Assembly: GCF_006345805.1 (NCBI RefSeq)
Contig: NW_021836315.1
Coordinates: 1-64,000, forward strand
Reading direction: 5' to 3'
DNA from: Octopus sinensis
Lineage: Eukaryota
DNA: 64,000 bases
The position numbers and the translations under genes are program-made. A model generated the notes under the pieces. That model saw only the letters and a list, made by a program, of their open reading frames with translations. It was not told the origin of the DNA and searched no databases. Shown one piece after another: positions 38,668-51,341 of the stretch. How positions within the stretch are numbered: position 1 is the stretch's first letter; each line of letters opens with the position of its first letter.

Positions 38668-39075
38668 GGCGCAGGAGTGGCCGTGTGGTAAGTAGTTTGT
38701 TTACCAACCACATGGTTCCGGGTTCAGTCCCACAGCGTGACACCTTGGGCAAGTGTCTTCTACTATAGACTCGAACCGACCAAAGCCTTGTGAGTGGATT
38801 TGATAGACGGAAACTGAAAGAAGCCCGTCGTATATATATATATATATCTATATATATATATATATATATGCGTGTGGTGTGTGTTTGTGTGTCTATGTTT
38901 GTCCCCCTAGCATTGCTTGACAACCGATGCTGGTGTGTTTGTGTCCCCGTTACTTAGCGGTTAGGCAAAAGTGACCGATAGAATAAGTACTGGGCTTACA
39001 AAAGTATATGTCTCGGGGTCGAGTTGCTTGATTAAAGGCGGACCTCCAGCATGGCCGCAGTAAAAGTAAAAGAGT
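38668..39075 (+). mobile_element. SINE family A
   Basis: Full-length match to the 34860 copy. Confidence 0.92.
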
Positions 39076-39175
39076 GCAGCACTGCAGTATGGTTTGCATG
39101 TGTGCATTACCTTCATGATACCATAAATTTGATCGAGTTGCCAGATATCATAGACAAGTGTCATATTCTTTAGAC

Positions 39176-39395
39176 CAGTGGTTTTCAACCAGGGTTCCGC
39201 GGAACCTTAGAGTTCCGCCAGTACAGTCCAGGGGTTCCGCAAGAAGTTACAAAACTGCTAAAATCGGCACTAATTTTTTAATTCTCCTGTGCAGATATGT
39301 GTGCATAAGACTATCAAATTATTGCACTGGGGATCCTCGAGCCAGTGGAATGTTTCCTTGGGGTTCTGCTCCAGCAAAAAGTTTAAAAAGCACTG
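39176..39395. mobile_element. hAT (Charlie-type) MITE
   Basis: Ends CAGTGGTTTTCAAC / TTTAAAAAGCACTG; perfect 8-bp TSD CTTTAGAC (39168-39175, 39396-39403). Confidence 0.92.
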
Positions 39396-39403
39396 CTTTA
39401 GAC

Positions 39404-39600
39404 CAAGATTCATAGTTAAAACTCAACTTGTAGGTGGTTGAGAAAGACGTCCTCTATTCTGCCAGCAACACGAAGGCCGAGCAGAAACCATGTTCAATGT
39501 CTTCGAAGTTCTTTACAGATTCTCTGTGAGAAACACACACCTCAAGTTCCGGAACTACCTTGAGGCCATAGTGGAAACTGACTGCCATTACTTTGAGGAA
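39404..39600 (+). pseudogene. Tc1/mariner-family transposase C-terminal remnant
   Basis: VVEKDVLYSASNTKAE and (frameshifted) VRNTHLKFRNYLEAIVETDCHYFE resemble the mariner/maT C-terminus FRSRLEAVVEAxGxYFE (from memory). Confidence 0.5.
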
Positions 39601-40855
39601 GCTGTTATCTCCAGCCATAATCTAATTGATAATTTCTGATTTTTGAAAGTACTTTAATTTCTGGATGGTATATGTTTCCATTTTTGCAAAATGTCAAATG
39701 CAGTTTGAACACGTTGCGTTTCGACAGCCGGATTTCACATTATGTCGGAAAAGTTAGCTAACTCATTTATCAGTATTATTAGCTTGTCATAAGTCTCATC
39801 TTATATATTTCGTACAAATTATCGGCAACATAGATATTGAAATTTATAATATTTCAGGATTGCTCTTCTCTGTCTAATAGCTAAAACGTAAATCCTAGAT
39901 GACTTTTATTGAGATATTATAGCTTTCATCACCAACCTTCCAATATATGCTAACTTCTTTTTATCTGGAAAGTTACTAATTCTGAATAAATATAGCTGGA
40001 TGCTGTTAGCTTGACAACATCTTATCTTTTTGAATTTGGCTTTCCCAGGCTGACATATATATTATCATTTCACGCAAAAACCATTATATTAAAAATGAGA
40101 GGTGATCATTATTGCCCAATAATAATACTTCAGTTAGCTTGTAAAAATTCGCGAGAGATGGCAAGAATCACACTGACGTTCGGTATATAAGACAGATGGT
40201 CGGAAAATGTATGACTATGAGGCATTTTATAAAGCGAGAAACCATTATTATAAGATATTTTGCTTTCAAGAATTTCACGGAGATGAATGTGAAAATTGTT
40301 ATTAGACTTGTTTTTGTGGTTTGTTGTAGTTATAAAGCGCAAAAATGCTTTTACAGAATTCACTTTACACAGCATTGGAACACTTTTATACCTATTATAC
40401 ATACATATACATATATACACATAGGATCTTATATGACTATACACATACACATATACTATGATATATATATACACACACACACATATATATATATTTATAT
40501 ATATATATACTATAATATATATACACATACTATAATATATATATATATACACACACATATATATATATACATATATACTCATATACATATATACACTCAT
40601 ACATACGTACATATATATATATATATATATGCACGTATGTATGGGTGTATATATATATAGGTAAATTACTTATTCTCTAATGTTCTATTTACCAAAATAG
40701 AACGTATGTACTTCAAAAAGGGAGTAGTTTGGGACGCTTTATAAAACGCGATTACACTTAGGTTGCTGAAGCCGTGTGTATTTGATTGCGTGTGTGTTCA
40801 TTTGTCTGTGTGTATGTATGCTGTACGTGGGTGCATGCATGTGTTTTCTTGTGCA

Positions 40856-40890
<35 letters not shown>

Positions 40891-41339
40891 ATTTTTGCGT
40901 GTGTGTGTGTTTGTGTGTCTGGCTTTCTCCGACTAATCATGTGACGGAATAATGATTAGATGCACAAACACAAGTCCATCGCGAGAAAACGGAACAAAGA
41001 ACTCGAGAAAGAAACAAATCGCCATTATAATCATTCATTTCAGACAATCTAACTCCATTATTATTTTGGAAAGCAGTAAATGAAACCTAGTAAATAATTG
41101 GATAGTATGAAATGGCCATCGGTTAAAAGCGGACCATGCAGACACTGTAATAATCTCTGGTTTTCATAATGTCAGAATTTGTGTTATGTATGGTTATTGA
41201 TTTGATTCTATGCGGCTGAAAATTATTGGTAAATAGTGTAGAGAATATAAGAACAAATTAAATATAAAAATGCAATTAACAGCATGCCCAAACCTATCAA
41301 CGCAAGCACAACTAATCACAAACACTCACACAGAAACAA

Positions 41340-41600
41340 ATATATACATATAAACATATATATATCGCAATAATACACACACCCTAGAATATATATATAT
41401 ATTATATATATATATAATATATATATATAGATATATATCCATATGGATATATATCCATATGATAATTATATATATATATATATTATATATATATATATCC
41501 ATATGGATATATATCCATATGGATATATATATAATATTATATATATATATATATATATTATATATCCATATGGATATATACCATATGATATATATGGATA

Positions 41601-41637
<37 letters not shown>

Positions 41638-41690
41638 TATGGATATTATCATGGTATATGGATATATATGGATATATATACCATATACCA
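41340..41690. repeat. (TA)n array containing palindromic CCATATGG units
   Basis: CCATATGG at 41439, 41499, 41515 and 41566. Confidence 0.95.
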
Positions 41691-42955
41691 GGGACTAGTA
41701 GACCACAGTTCAGTAATCGTAGTCCATCAAAACATTTATTAGTAATTTTACGAAACCGGTACGCTTTTAAATCTCTGTAACAATTCACAATAATGACTTT
41801 TATTACTTTTATTCCTACTTCCTACCTCAGTTCATTGAATTGTATATATCTATCGTTACTCTTCATAAAAAGCCTTTACTTTTTTGAACTCCAATGTGCA
41901 TTTTCACTTATTTTTCTTCCTACTTCCCCCCTATATATATATCGTTAATGGTAAATGTTTTTGATTTTCACTCTCGATGAATTTATCCCTTTTTTGTTTC
42001 CCTAGCACTTGGCACCCTTAATTATATTTCTATATGAGTAATATTTTTCTATATGAATAATATTTTGTCTAATGACTAATTCGTCTTTTGTGCTAGGCCA
42101 CTGGTAGTAATCTATGTTATTACCCTTTTTTGATTATATATATATATATATATGTAAGTAGTTGAATGAATTATTCTAGTATGGATAATTCGGTTAACCG
42201 ATACCCGTGTAGCAAATTCACGTCAGAAAAACACGGTTGAAGCTATATGCCAAGGGCAGAGATCACGTGCTTTCGTGTGGAAATTTGTGTGTTTTTTTTA
42301 ATCATTTATTATATATATATATATATGTATGTATGTATGTATGTATATATATACGCACACACATATATATGTGCATTTATATATATACATGTATATATAT
42401 TTATATATGTATATGAGAAAAAGGAAATGAATGTGTGCAAATACGTGCATCAATGTCTGTGTATGTACACTTATGCATAAATCCGTTTATCTTTATTTCT
42501 ATGAATATGCATTTATTTTTATATGTACATTCGTGTTTATCAACATTTAGAAACAATTGAAGGGAAAAAAATGTTATTATTATAGAAATCGTTTACGGAA
42601 TTTATGAATATCTTAAGAATTGGCAAAATGTATTCATTCTTTATCGAGTTTTCCTTATTGAAATTTCCATAAAATCGCTTGACATTATATAAGTAGCGCA
42701 GAATCGAATATGAATGTAAACAGCTGAATTAGGTCACGTAGGTTATTTCAGCAAAAACATTACCAGAAACATAGCGTTGTCTATCATTGATTTAGTGCAA
42801 AAGAGTAGAAAATATGGGCTGATATACTTACCCATCTATATCTCCCTAAAATTTTATTCGCTTTCCGAATGACAAAAGTATATCACTCTTATCGTATGGG
42901 CCATGTCATAATTCAAATGTAAAAGCAAATATTATTTATTAGCAAGGAATATTAA

Positions 42956-43258
42956 TTCTATATTTAAGAGATGACGAGTTATGTACATTATTTACATTAT
43001 TTGCAATTGACGGATATTTGTTCTCATCTTGTTTGTTGTTGACACAACGTTTCAACATACATCAGGTGTCTTGGGGAAATATCGAACCTGAGTTCTCATT
43101 CCTAAGGTATTTTTCGCTGTTATTGTTAATATTCTTATTCAGATCACTGCCTGGAATCGAACTCGGAATCTTGGGCAATTATGGAGCGAAATTTGGGTCT
43201 TATAAATCTAATATACTCCTATCCTTCCTTACTACTGGTTCCCATATTTTGTACTATA
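42956..43258 (-). mobile_element. PLE ORF end + tRNA-like segment + PLE tail (second composite copy)
   Basis: Minus: ATATGGGAACCAGTAGTAAGGAAGGATAGG...CTCCATAATTGCC|CAAGATTCCGAGTTCGATTCCAGGCAGTGATCTGAATAA...AAAAATACCTTAGGAATGAGAAC...GACACCTGATG. Confidence 0.85.
43041..43070 (-). ncRNA. hammerhead remnant with stem II deleted
   Basis: GACAC-CTGATG-tatgtt-GAAACGTT-GTGTC; stem I perfect. Confidence 0.6.
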
Positions 43259-43325
43259 GCATCGGCCCAACCGAAGCCTTGTGGGTGGATTTGGAAGACG
43301 GAAACTGAAAGAAGCCTGCTGTATG

Positions 43326-43360
<35 letters not shown>

Positions 43361-43495
43361 TTGTGTGTATGTTTGTGTGTCTGTGTTTCTCCCCCCCCCC
43401 TCAACATCGCTTGACACCTGATGCTGGTGTGTTTGCGTCCCCGTAAATTAGCGGTTCGGCAAAAGAGCACTAGGCTTACAAAGAATAATTCCCGG
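43255..43495 (+). mobile_element. SINE family A, 5'-truncated
   Basis: GAAGCCTTGTGGGTGGATTTGG...microsatellite...TTAGCGGTTCGGCAAAAG. Confidence 0.8.
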
Positions 43496-44422
43496 TGTTG
43501 ATGTGCCACGCAGTGGAACTGAACCAGGAACCATTGGTTTATAAGGAAGCGTATGTGTTTTGGTAGCATTATGTTACCATGTAACACATGGTTAAGTACA
43601 CCACGTTAAAGATGCAGGAAGGCCAATGACTTGTGGATTTGGAAATCTAACACTTTTTTGAGTATGCAAAATACGGGTCTATAGCTATACTTCTATTCAA
43701 ATAAAGTAATAAGTACACATAACATAAACACACGCGCATTCGTGTACACAGGGTCACATAAAGATACCACTACACAGTACGAAAACAGTGACAACCACAC
43801 GGACTCACACACAAATAGAAAAACTCAAGCACAAACACACAAACAACCATCACCACCCACTCACACAAACGCACACACACATACACACACACACACACAC
43901 ACAAGAACATAGACAGTAACACACACGCAAACACACACTACATTGATATATTGCGTTTTGCACCTGTTTTGTAAGTTTCTGAATATAAGATATCATGAAA
44001 CATATGTTGCTTTTCTGCCAAGAAAAATACTTGAACTGTGCTTATATGAATTATTTTCAGTATCATTACATAGCTAACTAACTAATTAACTTAATGATTA
44101 ATAGATTGCGTGAGTAGTATTTTAGATCATCTATTATATTTCAAAGACATTTTGTCGCCATTTGCGGCCACATCGGAATATCAGGAACCGAAGACCATAT
44201 AATGTACTTGATGTTTCAAAAAACTGCACTCATTTTTACAGAAGACATAACAGACCAGTAAGGACGGCTTTGGGATTTTTATTATGATAGCACCACATTT
44301 CTGTACTAGGTATTTTGTTGACTATACTTACACATATACATAAGGAATAAATATTAATAGAGATGGCAAGACAAGAAAAGAATGAAAGAGACCTCGATAT
44401 TATGTAAATAGAGGAATTTATC

Positions 44423-44626
44423 TGTAAATACAATATGTGACAATTATTCGGTAGCCATGATAAAAATCCGAGTCTCGGATGTCGGGATGGAAACCCGAGC
44501 CGGCATCTCTTCAACTATCGAGCCGGCCCGAAAACTGAAGAGTTGCCGGAGTGAAATTCCGCCCCGATATCCGAACTTCGGAATTTTATCATGGCTATCG
44601 AATAATTCTCACATATTATATTTACA
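44423..44626. repeat. 204-bp foldback element (91-bp arms, 22-nt loop); possible MITE
   Basis: Arms 44423-44513 and 44536-44626 are reverse complements with 3 mismatches in the outer 43 bp. Confidence 0.9.
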
Positions 44627-44869
44627 CTTAATGAATATATATATATATAGTTTCGTTTTTTCACTTTCCCGAAGAGAAGATTGCATTGTTTATACCATTT
44701 ATTCTTTTGAATTGTATCAGTGGAATTTTCGAAACATGTGTCGAAAGTAAAAATACTTGATTACACCTGCGTTAAACTCCATTTATTTATTCATATATAT
44801 ATAAATATATAATATATATATATATATAAATATATATAAATAATATATATATATAAACATACACACACA

Positions 44870-44925
<56 letters not shown>

Positions 44926-45220
44926 AATATATATATATAATAACTTACATACCCACACACACACACATACACACAGCACACTTATATATATATGTATATA
45001 TATATCTGTGTGTGTGTGTGCGTGTTTAGGGGAAACATTTTTGTGTAAATTGTTTATCAGTTTGTATCAATGAAAACGTTGATTGAACCATGTGTGTTTT
45101 TGTATTTGGTGTGTATTTGGTGGGGAGGTGTAGAACGTGATGGAAGGAGAGAAATTTATGGTAATTATAAAAGAGAAGTTGTGGTGTTGTTACACTTGTG
45201 TTAATATTTGTATCTGCATA

Positions 45221-45435
45221 AAGGCGGCGAGCTGGTAGAACTGTGAACATGACGGGCGAAATGCTTAGCAGTATTTCGTCTGTCTTTATGTTCTGAGTTC
45301 AAATTCCGCCGAGGTCGACTTTGCCTTTCATCGTTTCATGATTGATAAACTAAGTACCAGTTACGTATTGGGGTTGATGTAATCGACTGGCACCTTCACC
45401 CATATTTGCGGGCCTTGTGCATTGAGTAGAAAAGA
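45221..45435 (+). mobile_element. SINE family B (tail type 2)
   Basis: 17-bp TSD ATATTTGTAT(C/A)TGCA(T/G)A at 45204-45220 and 45436-45452. Confidence 0.92.
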
Positions 45436-45539
45436 ATATTTGTATATGCAGATATCAGAATGGATAGTATAGTTCATTGGTTTGATCTTAGTTACAGCAA
45501 GTTCCTTCTATTAACATTACTATATATATATATATATAT

Positions 45540-45843
45540 CATGTGATCACGTGACCGACCAGGGCATCAGATGTTGCAACACATCGCTGGTCACAATGCG
45601 CTTCGCATTGTTTTAGCCTTCAAATGACGCCACCCCGCTGGCTAAACGAGCAGGCCAACAGAAGAAAGAGTGAGAGAAGGTTGTGGCGAAAGAATACAGC
45701 AGGGATAGCCACCAACCCTGCCGGAACCTCGTCGACATTTAGGTGTTTTCGCTCAATAAACCCTGACAACACCCGGTCTGGGAATCAAAACTGCGATCCT
45801 TCGACCGCGAGTCCGCTGCCCTAACCACTGGGCCATTGTGCCT
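45540..45843 (-). mobile_element. SINE with family C head and a third tail type
   Basis: Head (CCCTAACCACTGGGCCATTG) as in family C; diverges after CTCTCACTCTT into an unrelated tail. Confidence 0.8.
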
Positions 45844-45844
45844 A

Positions 45845-45926
45845 CACACACTCACTCACACACACATATACATATATAATTATATATATATTATATATAT
45901 ATATATTATATTATAATGTAGGTATG

Positions 45927-45958
<32 letters not shown>

Positions 45959-46056
45959 ATGTATGTATATATATATAATATATATAATATATATATTATA
46001 TATAATGTATGTATATATATATATATTATATTAGAATATATATATTATAGATAATG

Positions 46057-46095
<39 letters not shown>

Positions 46096-46182
46096 ATGTA
46101 TGTATAATATATATATATATATATATTATATATAATGATGTAATATAATATATATATATATATATATTTTATATAATGTATG

Positions 46183-46213
<31 letters not shown>

Positions 46214-46341
46214 ATGTATGTATATAATATATATATATAATATAGTATATATATATATATATATATTATATATAAGTATGTATATATATGTATATATATA
46301 TATATATATATATAATGTATGTATATATATTAGATAATGTA

Positions 46342-46385
<44 letters not shown>
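45845..46385. repeat. (TA)n array with higher-order TATATTATATATAATGTATG unit
   Basis: Direct observation. Confidence 0.95.
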
Positions 46386-46386
<1 letters not shown>

Positions 46387-46765
46387 ATAACTTACATGTA
46401 AGCACTTTACTTACGGTTTTTCATTTCGTATTTTATTATTTTCCTATTTATTTATATATTTGCGGTACCATCACCGAGTACGAACGATCAGACAAGCTAA
46501 AAACTGCACTGAAAGTTTTTGTTTTATGGACAGATGCAGTAAGGTAACCTATCATACATGCAACAGTTCACGTCAGTCGGTATGAACAAAATTTTTCCAT
46601 TTGTATCCAGGAAATTTATCGATTATCGATAGCGTGTCTCATAATGAATATTTTCTATTTTCTTTCTCCAGAGCAATTCTGAGATTCATATACTCCTTTG
46701 GATATTTTACTATCTCCAATTTGGAGACAGTAAAAGATACAACAAGAATAAAAAAAAATTATTTG

Positions 46766-46976
46766 ATTTGTTTCAGTCATTTGACTGCGGGTATGCTGGA
46801 GCACCGCCTTTAGTCGAAACAATTGACCCGACGGCATATTCCTTGTAAGCCTAGTACTTACTCTATCGGTGTCCTTTGGTGAACCGCTAGCTTACGGGGA
46901 ACTAGACATACCAGCATCGGTTCTCAAACACACACATACACAGACACACACACACATATATATATATATGTATGCA
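46766..46976 (-). mobile_element. SINE family A, 3' half
   Basis: TTGTTTCAGTCATTTGACTGCGG...CCAGCATCGG, then microsatellite. Confidence 0.85.
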
Positions 46977-47356
46977 TGGAAGCACTCCGTCGGTTACGAC
47001 GACGAGGGTTCCGGTTGATCCAATCAACGGAACAGCCTGCTCGTGAAATTAACGTGTAAGTGGCTGAGCACTCCACAGACACGTGTACCCTTAACGCAGT
47101 TCTCGGGGATATTCAGCGTGACACAGAGAGTGACAAGGCCGGCCATTTGAAATACAGGTACAACAGAAACAGGAAGTAAGAGTGAGAGAAATGTGTGGTG
47201 AAAGAGTGCAGCAGGGATCACCACCATCCCTGCCGGAGCCTCGTGAGCTTTAGGTGTTTTCACTCATAAACACTCACCGCCCCGGTCTGGGAATCGAAAC
47301 CGCGATCCTACGACCGCGAGTCCGCTGCCCTAACCACTGGGCCATTGCGCCTCCAC
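46977..47356 (-). mobile_element. SINE family C inserted in the microsatellite of a family A copy
   Basis: Full-length match to the 52317 copy. Confidence 0.92.
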
Positions 47357-47380
47357 TATATATATATATGTTTTTATTCC

Positions 47381-47610
47381 TTTACTTGTTTCACTCACTT
47401 GACTGCGGCCATGCTGGAGCACCAACTTTTGTCGAGCAAATCTAACTTACCGTTTGTAAGCCTAGTACTTATTCTCTCAGTCTCTTTTGCCGAACCACTG
47501 CTTTACAGGGACGTAAACACACCAGCATCGATTTCAAGCGATGTCGGTGTATAGACACACAAACACATACACACATACATACATACATACATATATATAT
47601 AAATATATAA

Positions 47611-47643
<33 letters not shown>

Positions 47644-47826
47644 GTATATATATAATGTATATACAACGGGCTTCTTTCTGTTTCCGTCTACGAAATCCTC
47701 TCACAAGTCCTTCGACGACCCGAGGCTACACTAGAAGACACTTGCCCAATTTTCACGCAATTGGACTGAACGTGGAACCATGTTGTTGGTAAGCAAGCTA
47801 CTCACCGTACAGCCACACCTGCGCCT
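47381..47826 (-). mobile_element. SINE family A
   Basis: Full-length, diverged. Confidence 0.88.
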
Positions 47827-48387
47827 AAATATATATATATATATTGGTCAAGTACTCTCGCTATTTCTTTGTTTACTCTCTTTTCCTCACTTTTCTCTCA
47901 ATTCTCTGTCAATCTGCCTGTTTTTCTATGACTCCTTCCCCCTCTATATATCTGTCTTTCAGTCTCTCTCTCTCTGACTCTATTTCTCTCATTCTCTCTC
48001 TTTCTCTGTCTTTTCGTTTGCATTTCCCTCTTATACTCTTCCGCCTCCTACTGCTGTAACTTTTTTCTCTAACTCTCTTACATTACGTTTTCTATCTCCC
48101 GAACGTACTTTACTATCAGCTATTTCCTCTCTGCTCTAACTATTCCTCTCTATCTACCAAAACTAGAGAATTTAAACTGCAACACAAGTCCCTGCCTTTT
48201 CTTCCCGATGATCATCACCAGGTCAAATTTAATTAACACCATGTTCGAATTCCCATTAATTCATTAAATTTTAGGGGTTTTTTTTTCCTTTTGACTGCGC
48301 TCAAAAGTAACCTGAATAGTGTAGACTGAATGAGGTACAGATGTTAATATGCGAAACAACATGGTCACTCGGCTCGTTAGAAATACC

Positions 48388-48779
48388 TATTTCTTTATTA
48401 CCCACAAGGGGCTAAACCCAGAAGGGACAAACAAGGACAGACAAACGGATTAAGTAGATTATATCGACCCCAGTGCGTAACTGGTACTTAGGTAATCGAC
48501 CCCGAAAGGATGAAAGCCAAAGTCAACCTCGGCGGAATTTGACCTCAGAACGTAGTGGAAGACGAAATACATATTTCTTTACTACCCACAAGGGGCTAAA
48601 CACAGAAGGGACAAACAAGGACAGACGAACGTATTTAGTCGATTATATCGATTATATCGACCCCTGTCCGTAACTGGCACTTATTTAATCGACCCCGAAA
48701 GGATGAAAGGCAAACGGCAGACGAAATACGGCTATGCATTTCGCCCGGCGTGCTAACGTTTCTGCCAGCTCGCCGCCTT
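48388..48779 (-). mobile_element. SINE family B dimer
   Basis: Full unit 48572-48779 plus truncated unit 48388-48569; TTAGAAATACC flanks both ends (48377-48387, 48778-48788). Confidence 0.9.
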
Positions 48780-49963
48780 AGAAATACCAGCTCGCTCGTT
48801 AGAAATACTAGTCACATTTCCCTCAAACCCCTTCCGACTTTCTCTTAGAAAACAGGCGTTTGATTATGTCTATCTAGACGTACTGTATCAGAAATACAGA
48901 ATCGCTGGTCAAGCTGAAACATCTTTCATCATAAGTCTGCTAGCTCAGGAATGGTCTGGTGCTAAATAAGCAGATATGTTTTATGTACAAAATAGCGACT
49001 GTAACACATGTATATTAATGACTTGTACGTACGTGTTATTTCCTTATGCAACCATAACTTATTCTATTATGGTTGCATAGCGGAATACCGCAGGCCTACA
49101 ATTCGTTAGTATTTCCATACCAGCTCCCAGGAATGCGTTTGATATTTAAATTGGTATATCGAATAACTATATACCGCTACAGTGGTTATTCAAGCAATGT
49201 GTTCCCAGATAATTAATTGGCTAGATGGGTGCTGAAGGGGCAAATCCCACACCCCGATGAACGCCATATTCGCCCATTCCCATCCTCCATTTTATTGTTT
49301 GTTTACATCTGAAATCTCGTATACGAGACGTAGCAACAAAAATAAGTGTTGGTGATAATTTCTGTAGAATATATACAGCAATAACCTTAACACGTGCATA
49401 TTATACTAAAGTTAAAAGAATGTACTATACGATGCGGCAAAAAAAGCAATATATTTTTGGCACAGATTTCAAATTAAGAACTGTTGTAATGTATACAATA
49501 CAAACAATAATGAATCGTAAAAAATTAGACTGGCAAAGGAAATACTATTAGTGATACTAAAATCACTTCTTATAATTCTAATTTTCCTTCCAAAATGATG
49601 AATATTTTTTGAAAAAAAATTAATTGAAATGAAATACCAGGCCTAAATGATAATTGATTATAAAATAAAATTTAGAAATTAGTGGTTGGACTTTCCCAAT
49701 TAAAAGCCAACAGTCACTTCAACATTGTTTGGAGGTGAAGTATAAATTGGACTAACGATGGCAAAGGTATTTCAACGATAATGTAAATAATAAATTATAT
49801 ATCTTAAAAAACAAAAATTAAAATGAAAAATATATCGTGTTTTCCAGAAAAAAGTGTTCAACAAAACTAATTTTTCCTAAAAAATACTGTGTTGTTTTAT
49901 ACACGGTTCAGCCTTCAAAATTTAGAAACTAAAATCGGATATATATATGTATATATATATATA

Positions 49964-50090
49964 CAGGGCGTCCCAAAAAATGTATACACACCTTAAATAA
50001 TTGTAAATTTGTTATTCTTTGTAAGCCTAGTACTTAGTCAATCGTTCTCTTTTGCCGAACCACTACGTGTATACATTTTTTGGGGACACC

Positions 50091-50093
<3 letters not shown>
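49964..50093. mobile_element. Tc1/mariner-type MITE carrying a SINE-A fragment
   Basis: TA|CAGGGCGTCCCAAAAAATGTATACAC ... GTGTATACATTTTTTGGGGACACCCTG|TA; interior TTATTCTTTGTAAGCCTAGTACTTA...CTCTTTTGCCGAACC. Confidence 0.88.
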
Positions 50094-50130
<37 letters not shown>

Positions 50131-50888
50131 AATGTTAATTTGCATTTTGTTGCACTTCTGAAAAGCTCATCTCATTAGAAATCGAATCTTATTTTTAAAG
50201 GGGGAGATTTCAGATTAACTATATTCTTTCTTTTAGAGGCACAAGTAGAAGAATTTAATAGGGATTAAGGACGAATTAAAGCTTATAATGGAATGATTGA
50301 GGAGAGAAGATAAAAAGAAGGGAGGGACATGAAAGTTAGGTCGAGAAAGAAGGATAATGAACAATGCAAAGAGGAAAGATGGAAGGAGGTGAATGATGAA
50401 ATGAAGAAAAGAAAAGAAAAAGCGAGACAAGAGAGAAAAGGAAAAGAAGCAGAGCGCGAGATAGAGAGAGAGAGAGAGAGAAGAAGAAGAAGAAGAAAAG
50501 TATGATGGTCCAAAGGAAGAGAAAGAATTGAAAAATGGTATCGAGGAGAGAAATGGAAAAGAGAGAGGAGGAATAGAAGAGAGGGGTTTATTATTAAAAC
50601 TTTTACATGTTTTCAAAAAGTGTAACAACTCCAAATGTTTTTAAGTTTTCGATTCTAGTTTCTCACTTTTGTTCAGAAACTCAACACATTTTTTAGGAAA
50701 ATTTAAAGTTTGAACAATTTGATGAAAAGTTTTTTTTGTCTGTAAAGCAGGAATTTTATTTCATCTGACTATATATATATATACTTTATTTAAAAGCAGC
50801 AGAAAATTCAACAGAAACTGTTACTCTGAGTTTCACGTTCCCGTTTCACATTCCTTGTTTCACATTTATGTGTTTACTCCGGTATATA

Positions 50889-51293
50889 TTACTCTTTTAC
50901 TTGTTTCAGTCATTTGACTGCGGCCATGCTGGAGCACCACCTTTAATCGAGCAACTCGACCCCGGGACTTATTCTTTTGTAAGCCCAGTACTTATTTTAT
51001 TGGTCTCTTTTGCTGAACCGCTAAGTAACGGGGACGTAAACACACCAGCATCGGTTGTCAAGCAATGCTAGGGGGACAAACACAGATACACAAACACACA
51101 CACATATATATATATATATACACATATATATACGACGCGCTTCTTTTCAGTTTCCATCTACCAAATGCACTCACAAGATTTTGGTCGGCGCAAGGCTATA
51201 GTAGAAGAGACTTGCCGAGGTGCCACGCAGTGGGACTGAACCCGGAACCATGTGGTTGGTAAACAAGCTACTTACCACACAGCCACTCCTGCG

Positions 51294-51296
<3 letters not shown>
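50889..51296 (-). mobile_element. SINE family A
   Basis: Full-length match to the 34860 copy. Confidence 0.93.

Positions 51297-51341
<45 letters not shown>

Noticed and set aside
50233-50634. 133-aa S/F/L-rich ORF
   Set aside because: It is the reverse complement of an AG-rich low-complexity tract.
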